This document shows, piece after piece, positions 7,637 to 10,455 of a stretch of 10,455 bases of DNA. This DNA comes from Methanothermococcus sp. SCGC AD-155-E23. Its GTDB lineage: Archaea > AGJL01 > Methanococci > Methanococcales > Methanococcaceae. Below the pieces are notes generated by a model. The model was not told where the DNA came from, did not search any database, and saw only the letters and a list, made by a program, of their open reading frames with translations. The position numbers and the translations under genes are program-made. The stretch is from positions 45 through 10,499 of the forward strand of contig JAHEQA010000050.1 in NCBI GenBank assembly GCA_019561615.1. Direction: 5' to 3'. How positions within the stretch are numbered: the first letter of the stretch is position 1; each line of letters starts with the position of its first letter.

Positions 7637-9187
7637 ATGAAATGGAAGTCATTACTTATCCTGTTATTAACATCCTTAATAGGAGTATGTTTATGTTATG
7701 GAGAGGGTATTACAGTAGAACTTATACCACATAGTATAGAGGTGGAGGTGGGAGATACCTTTAACCTAGACTTGATGGTAAAAAATGTATCTGTGGAAGG
7801 GAGATGTGGAGGTTTTGATACCGGAGTATGCTACAATTCCTCTATCCTAAAGTTAACTAATATTAAACTAAGTGATATTGGAGAAAATGCCAATCTAAAA
7901 AATATAGATGTATCCTCAGGTCGTATATCCCTGAGATGGTCCTCCTCTCCACCCTATGGGGACTTCAAATTAGCTACCCTGTCCTTTAAAGTGTTAAATC
8001 CTGGAGAGACTGAGGTAGTTTTAAAAAGAGTATTAGTCTTCAATGAAGATGGGCACAGTTATGAAAACATTGTAACCTCTCCAGCAACGGTGAAAGCTAT
8101 AGTTAAGCCTAACCTCTTGATAACTTACCTCTCTATGGATAAGCCTCTCTATAGGTTAAAAACTCCTATAGGTGTAACTGTAGCCAATGGGGGTCAGAAG
8201 GATATTGATGTATCCTTTTCTGTGGATCTGTATGCAGATGCCGATAAAGTAGGCTCTATACCTGTACATGGATTAAAAGCAGGAGAGAAGAGAACTCTAA
8301 CTTTTAAATGGGTGCCTGAGAAAGTTAAAAAATACACCTTAGTGGTGTTGGTAGATCCAGAGAATAAAGTGGATGAATGGAATGAGAAGGACAATAAAGT
8401 TGTAAGGGAGGTTGAGGTACAACCAATAACTACCTATGTTAAAATATACAGGGTCCTCCAAGACAGTGGTACTGTAAAGGCAGTGATAAACGTTTCCAAT
8501 ATACCTGAGGAAAGACCTGTTGGAGGATACGACTTACATATAATGTTAAAAAATCTTTCAGTAACAGATGTGGATTCAATAGGAAAATACAGTTGGTATC
8601 TATCTGACGGTAATCTCTTCATAACAGGTTTCAACATCTCTAAATCTGGAGAGTTCTCAGTAGCCAATATTTCCCTCTATACAACCTATCCAACTTACTC
8701 AGCCATATTATATAAAGCGATTCTTTCAGATATCGATGGTTACACCTTCCAAAAAGTAATTTTGGAGAACGATGTTCCAATAGCAAAGAATATTAAATCA
8801 GAGAAGATAAGAAACTTCGTATCCAGGGCAAAAATCATAGTAGGATCAGAGATAGACGCCACTCTCTCAGCAGAGAATTTAAATTCCTTTATACTGGCAA
8901 ATACACCTCTCGAAATAAATGAGGACTGTATCCTCATAGGAGGTCCAGTTGCAAATCCAACTGTAAAAAAATACCTAGGGCATTTCCCAATGGGAGTAAC
9001 CAACGAATATCCAGGGAAGAATAGAGGGGTTATACAGGTAACGAAGATAAACGGCCACACAGTAGTACTCCTGGCAGGTTCTGATAGATGGGGTACAAAG
9101 GCTGCAGTGGAGTACTTCAAGACCTTGGATGACCTCCCTCAAATACCAATCTTTGTAAAGTGGGAAAATAAGAGAACTGGAAAATAG
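7637..9187 (+). CDS. Secreted multidomain scaffoldin-like protein: cohesin - CARDB - cohesin-like - S-layer C-terminal-type domain
   Basis: RBS GAGGTGA and a signal peptide. aa ~25-155 are cohesin-like (VEVGDTFNLDL.VKNV....GGFD..V.YNSSILKL...GDFKLATLSFKVL.PG). aa ~157-262 are CARDB (PNL.I...VTVAN.G...GLKAGE.RTLTFKW.P....YTL.V.VDPENKVDE.NE.DN). aa ~265-378 are a second cohesin-like unit (VSNIP...VGGYD...SGEF.VA...LSD.DG). aa ~385-512 contain ILIGGPVAN...LAGSDRWGTKAAV, typical of the Methanococcales/Thermococcales S-layer C-terminal domain. Confidence 0.8.
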   Translation: MKWKSLLILLLTSLIGVCLCYGEGITVELIPHSIEVEVGDTFNLDLMVKNVSVEGRCGGFDTGVCYNSSILKLTNIKLSDIGENANLKNIDVSSGRISLRWSSSPPYGDFKLATLSFKVLNPGETEVVLKRVLVFNEDGHSYENIVTSPATVKAIVKPNLLITYLSMDKPLYRLKTPIGVTVANGGQKDIDVSFSVDLYADADKVGSIPVHGLKAGEKRTLTFKWVPEKVKKYTLVVLVDPENKVDEWNEKDNKVVREVEVQPITTYVKIYRVLQDSGTVKAVINVSNIPEERPVGGYDLHIMLKNLSVTDVDSIGKYSWYLSDGNLFITGFNISKSGEFSVANISLYTTYPTYSAILYKAILSDIDGYTFQKVILENDVPIAKNIKSEKIRNFVSRAKIIVGSEIDATLSAENLNSFILANTPLEINEDCILIGGPVANPTVKKYLGHFPMGVTNEYPGKNRGVIQVTKINGHTVVLLAGSDRWGTKAAVEYFKTLDDLPQIPIFVKWENKRTGK

Positions 9188-9210
9188 AGGGACCTTAACC
9201 TCCAAAAGTC

Positions 9211-9248
9211 TTTATCTTTTTTTTTTACATAGATAAAAAAATAAAAAA
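9211..9248. terminator. Bidirectional oligo-T terminator region between convergent genes
   Basis: T10 at 9217-9226 lies on the + strand after the 7637-9187 gene. A-tracts at 9235-9241 and 9243-9248 are T-tracts on the - strand after hsp20. Archaeal intrinsic terminators are oligo-U. Confidence 0.6.
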
Positions 9249-9257
9249 GTAATTATT

Positions 9258-9713
9258 TTATTCAATGTTAATACCTCTTCTTATGGAGGTTTCAGTCTTT
9301 GGTAGGTTTACAACTAAGAGACCATTTTCAAATTTAGCACTGGCAGCATCCTCCCTTACAGTTACAGGTAACTTTATTACCCTGTATACCTCCTCTTCCT
9401 CAGGTATCTCGGAGTAGATGATTCTCTCAGATTCAGTTACCATGAGAGGTGTTCTCTTTGCCCTGATCTCCAAGGTGTCCCCAATGGCGTTTAGTGCAAT
9501 ATCCTCCTTGTTTACCCCAGGGAGCATTGCAATAACTTTTATATTCTCATCCCCCTCTATTATAGCAATGGGCATGAACCCCTTACCAGAGATCTCTATA
9601 CCTGTGGAGACCATAGGTCTTCTACCTGGTACAGATACACCCATCATAGGGGTGGTCATGAACATCTCTGCCATCAGTCTCTCTATCTCTGAGAATGGGT
9701 CCCTTCCGAACAT
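9258..9713 (-). CDS. hsp20: Small heat-shock protein (Hsp20/alpha-crystallin family, Hsp16.5-like)
   Basis: MFGRDPF...[41 protein letters not shown]...A.AKFENG.L...LPK, with a C-terminal I-x-I motif (GINIE). Nearly collinear with M. jannaschii Hsp16.5 as I recall it. RBS GAGGTGA at 9720-9726. Confidence 0.96.
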   Translation of the reverse strand: MFGRDPFSEIERLMAEMFMTTPMMGVSVPGRRPMVSTGIEISGKGFMPIAIIEGDENIKVIAMLPGVNKEDIALNAIGDTLEIRAKRTPLMVTESERIIYSEIPEEEEVYRVIKLPVTVREDAASAKFENGLLVVNLPKTETSIRRGINIE

Positions 9714-9763
9714 CCCTTATCACCTCTTTTTCTCTTTTCGTATTATTTGTTCCTCAGCAGTTC

Positions 9764-9780
9764 TATATAAATCTTTCGGT
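9764..9780 (-). promoter_or_regulatory. BRE-TATA promoter for hsp20
   Basis: The minus strand reads ACCGAAAGA-TTTATATA, a near-consensus archaeal BRE plus TATA box, about 50 bp upstream of the hsp20 ATG. Confidence 0.75.
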
Positions 9781-9814
9781 GTAGTGCCAATAAAATCACA
9801 ACTAAGGTGATAGA

Positions 9815-10455
9815 ATTAAAAAGTATATAACACATCCTGTTTTTATAGTGATCTTAGGGCATCTGGCTATATTCCTCCTAGCCATTCCTTACTATCCCTC
9901 CCTTGGCTACATATCTTTAATAAAGATTCTTTTGCTGATCTCCCTCTTTATCCTCTTCTACTCCCTACCCTTTTTTATAGATGGGAGATGGATGTCCAAC
10001 ACCTCCTTGAGGACGTTCCTTCCCATTATATACGGCTTAGCACTGTTTTTACTTATATCCTATGGGGTTTTCACCGTTACAAAATCCTACATCCTATCCA
10101 TACTCTATCCCCTTTTAGTGTTGGCAGTCTCAAACCTCTTTGTTCTCCACAGGTTACTAGAGGATTTAAAAAATCCACCTCCTCCACTTAAAATACTTAG
10201 ATACATGGATGACATAATATTTATAGTGGGCATCCTCTCCTTTCTAGCCCTCACTGCAAAATACGGCACTATACCAATACTGGACTATAAAATAAGGATG
10301 GCCATTTCAAAGGATCCCTTAAGACTTATCTCCACGGGAGCCCTGGTATATGGAGGGATGTGCAACATCTTCTACTTTCTAGTGGCCTTTATACTCCTCC
10401 TACTTTTAGGGTATAAGGCAGGTATCCTCATACTCTTTACCTCCTTCCTCCTCTA
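9815..10455 (+). CDS. Polytopic membrane protein, 3'-partial; probably archaeal oligosaccharide repeat-unit polymerase (Wzy-like) family
   Basis: Absent from the ORF track because it runs off the window. A stop-free frame from 9806 to the end reads IKKYITHPVFIVILGHLAIFLLAIPY...YGTIPILDYKIRMAISKDPLRLIS.GALVYGG...LLLLGYKAGILILF. It has several hydrophobic segments, and G.IP..D...R and LLGYK are reminiscent of that family. Start uncertain (ATT 9815 or GTG 9848). Confidence 0.65.
   Translation, partial: MKKYITHPVFIVILGHLAIFLLAIPYYPSLGYISLIKILLLISLFILFYSLPFFIDGRWMSNTSLRTFLPIIYGLALFLLISYGVFTVTKSYILSILYPLLVLAVSNLFVLHRLLEDLKNPPPPLKILRYMDDIIFIVGILSFLALTAKYGTIPILDYKIRMAISKDPLRLISTGALVYGGMCNIFYFLVAFILLLLLGYKAGILILFTSFLL

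Noticed and set aside
6596-9205. Minus-strand ORFs 6596-6904, 8194-8394, 8434-8667, 8740-9120 and 8975-9205
   Set aside because: All are antisense shadows of well-supported plus-strand genes.
9418-9810. 130-aa plus-strand ORF
   Set aside because: Antisense to hsp20 and runs through its promoter.
9795-9811. ATCAC-N7-GTGAT inverted repeat as a heat-shock operator
   Set aside because: Only 5-bp arms, one of which is the RBS of the downstream gene. It lies upstream of the hsp20 BRE and is expected by chance.
9988-10191. 67-aa plus-strand ORF
   Set aside because: Alternative frame within the longer membrane-protein frame running from 9815 to the window end.
1-10455. tRNA, rRNA, CRISPR array, transposase, integrase or intein
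   Set aside because: None seen. Intergenic gaps are short and AT-rich, and priL and asnB show no intein-sized insertion.

Overview
Archaeal DNA, almost certainly Methanococcales (Methanothermococcus/Methanofervidicoccus-like), judged from HcgF, Hsp16.5-type sHSP, a Methanococcales/Thermococcales-type S-layer C-terminal domain, AGGTGA ribosome-binding sites and TTTATATA boxes. Housekeeping flanks are a 5'-truncated priL, hcgF, a 59-aa ORF and asnB on the left, and hsp20 plus a partial Wzy-like membrane protein on the right. They enclose a five-gene divergent module (3333-9187): two FecCD/BtuC-type permeases, a secreted single-cohesin protein with a C-terminal amphipathic helix, a Fe/B12-type substrate-binding protein with an N-terminal dockerin instead of a lipobox, and a secreted cohesin-CARDB-cohesin-like-S-layer-domain protein. 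The best candidate for a new system is a cellulosome-like cohesin-dockerin scaffold that anchors or displays an ABC substrate-binding protein on the archaeal envelope. Bases 1-110 are an exact inverted copy of 3874-3983 (inside a permease gene) fused in frame to priL, most likely an amplification or assembly chimera. All family assignments come from motif recognition by eye; no database search was run.
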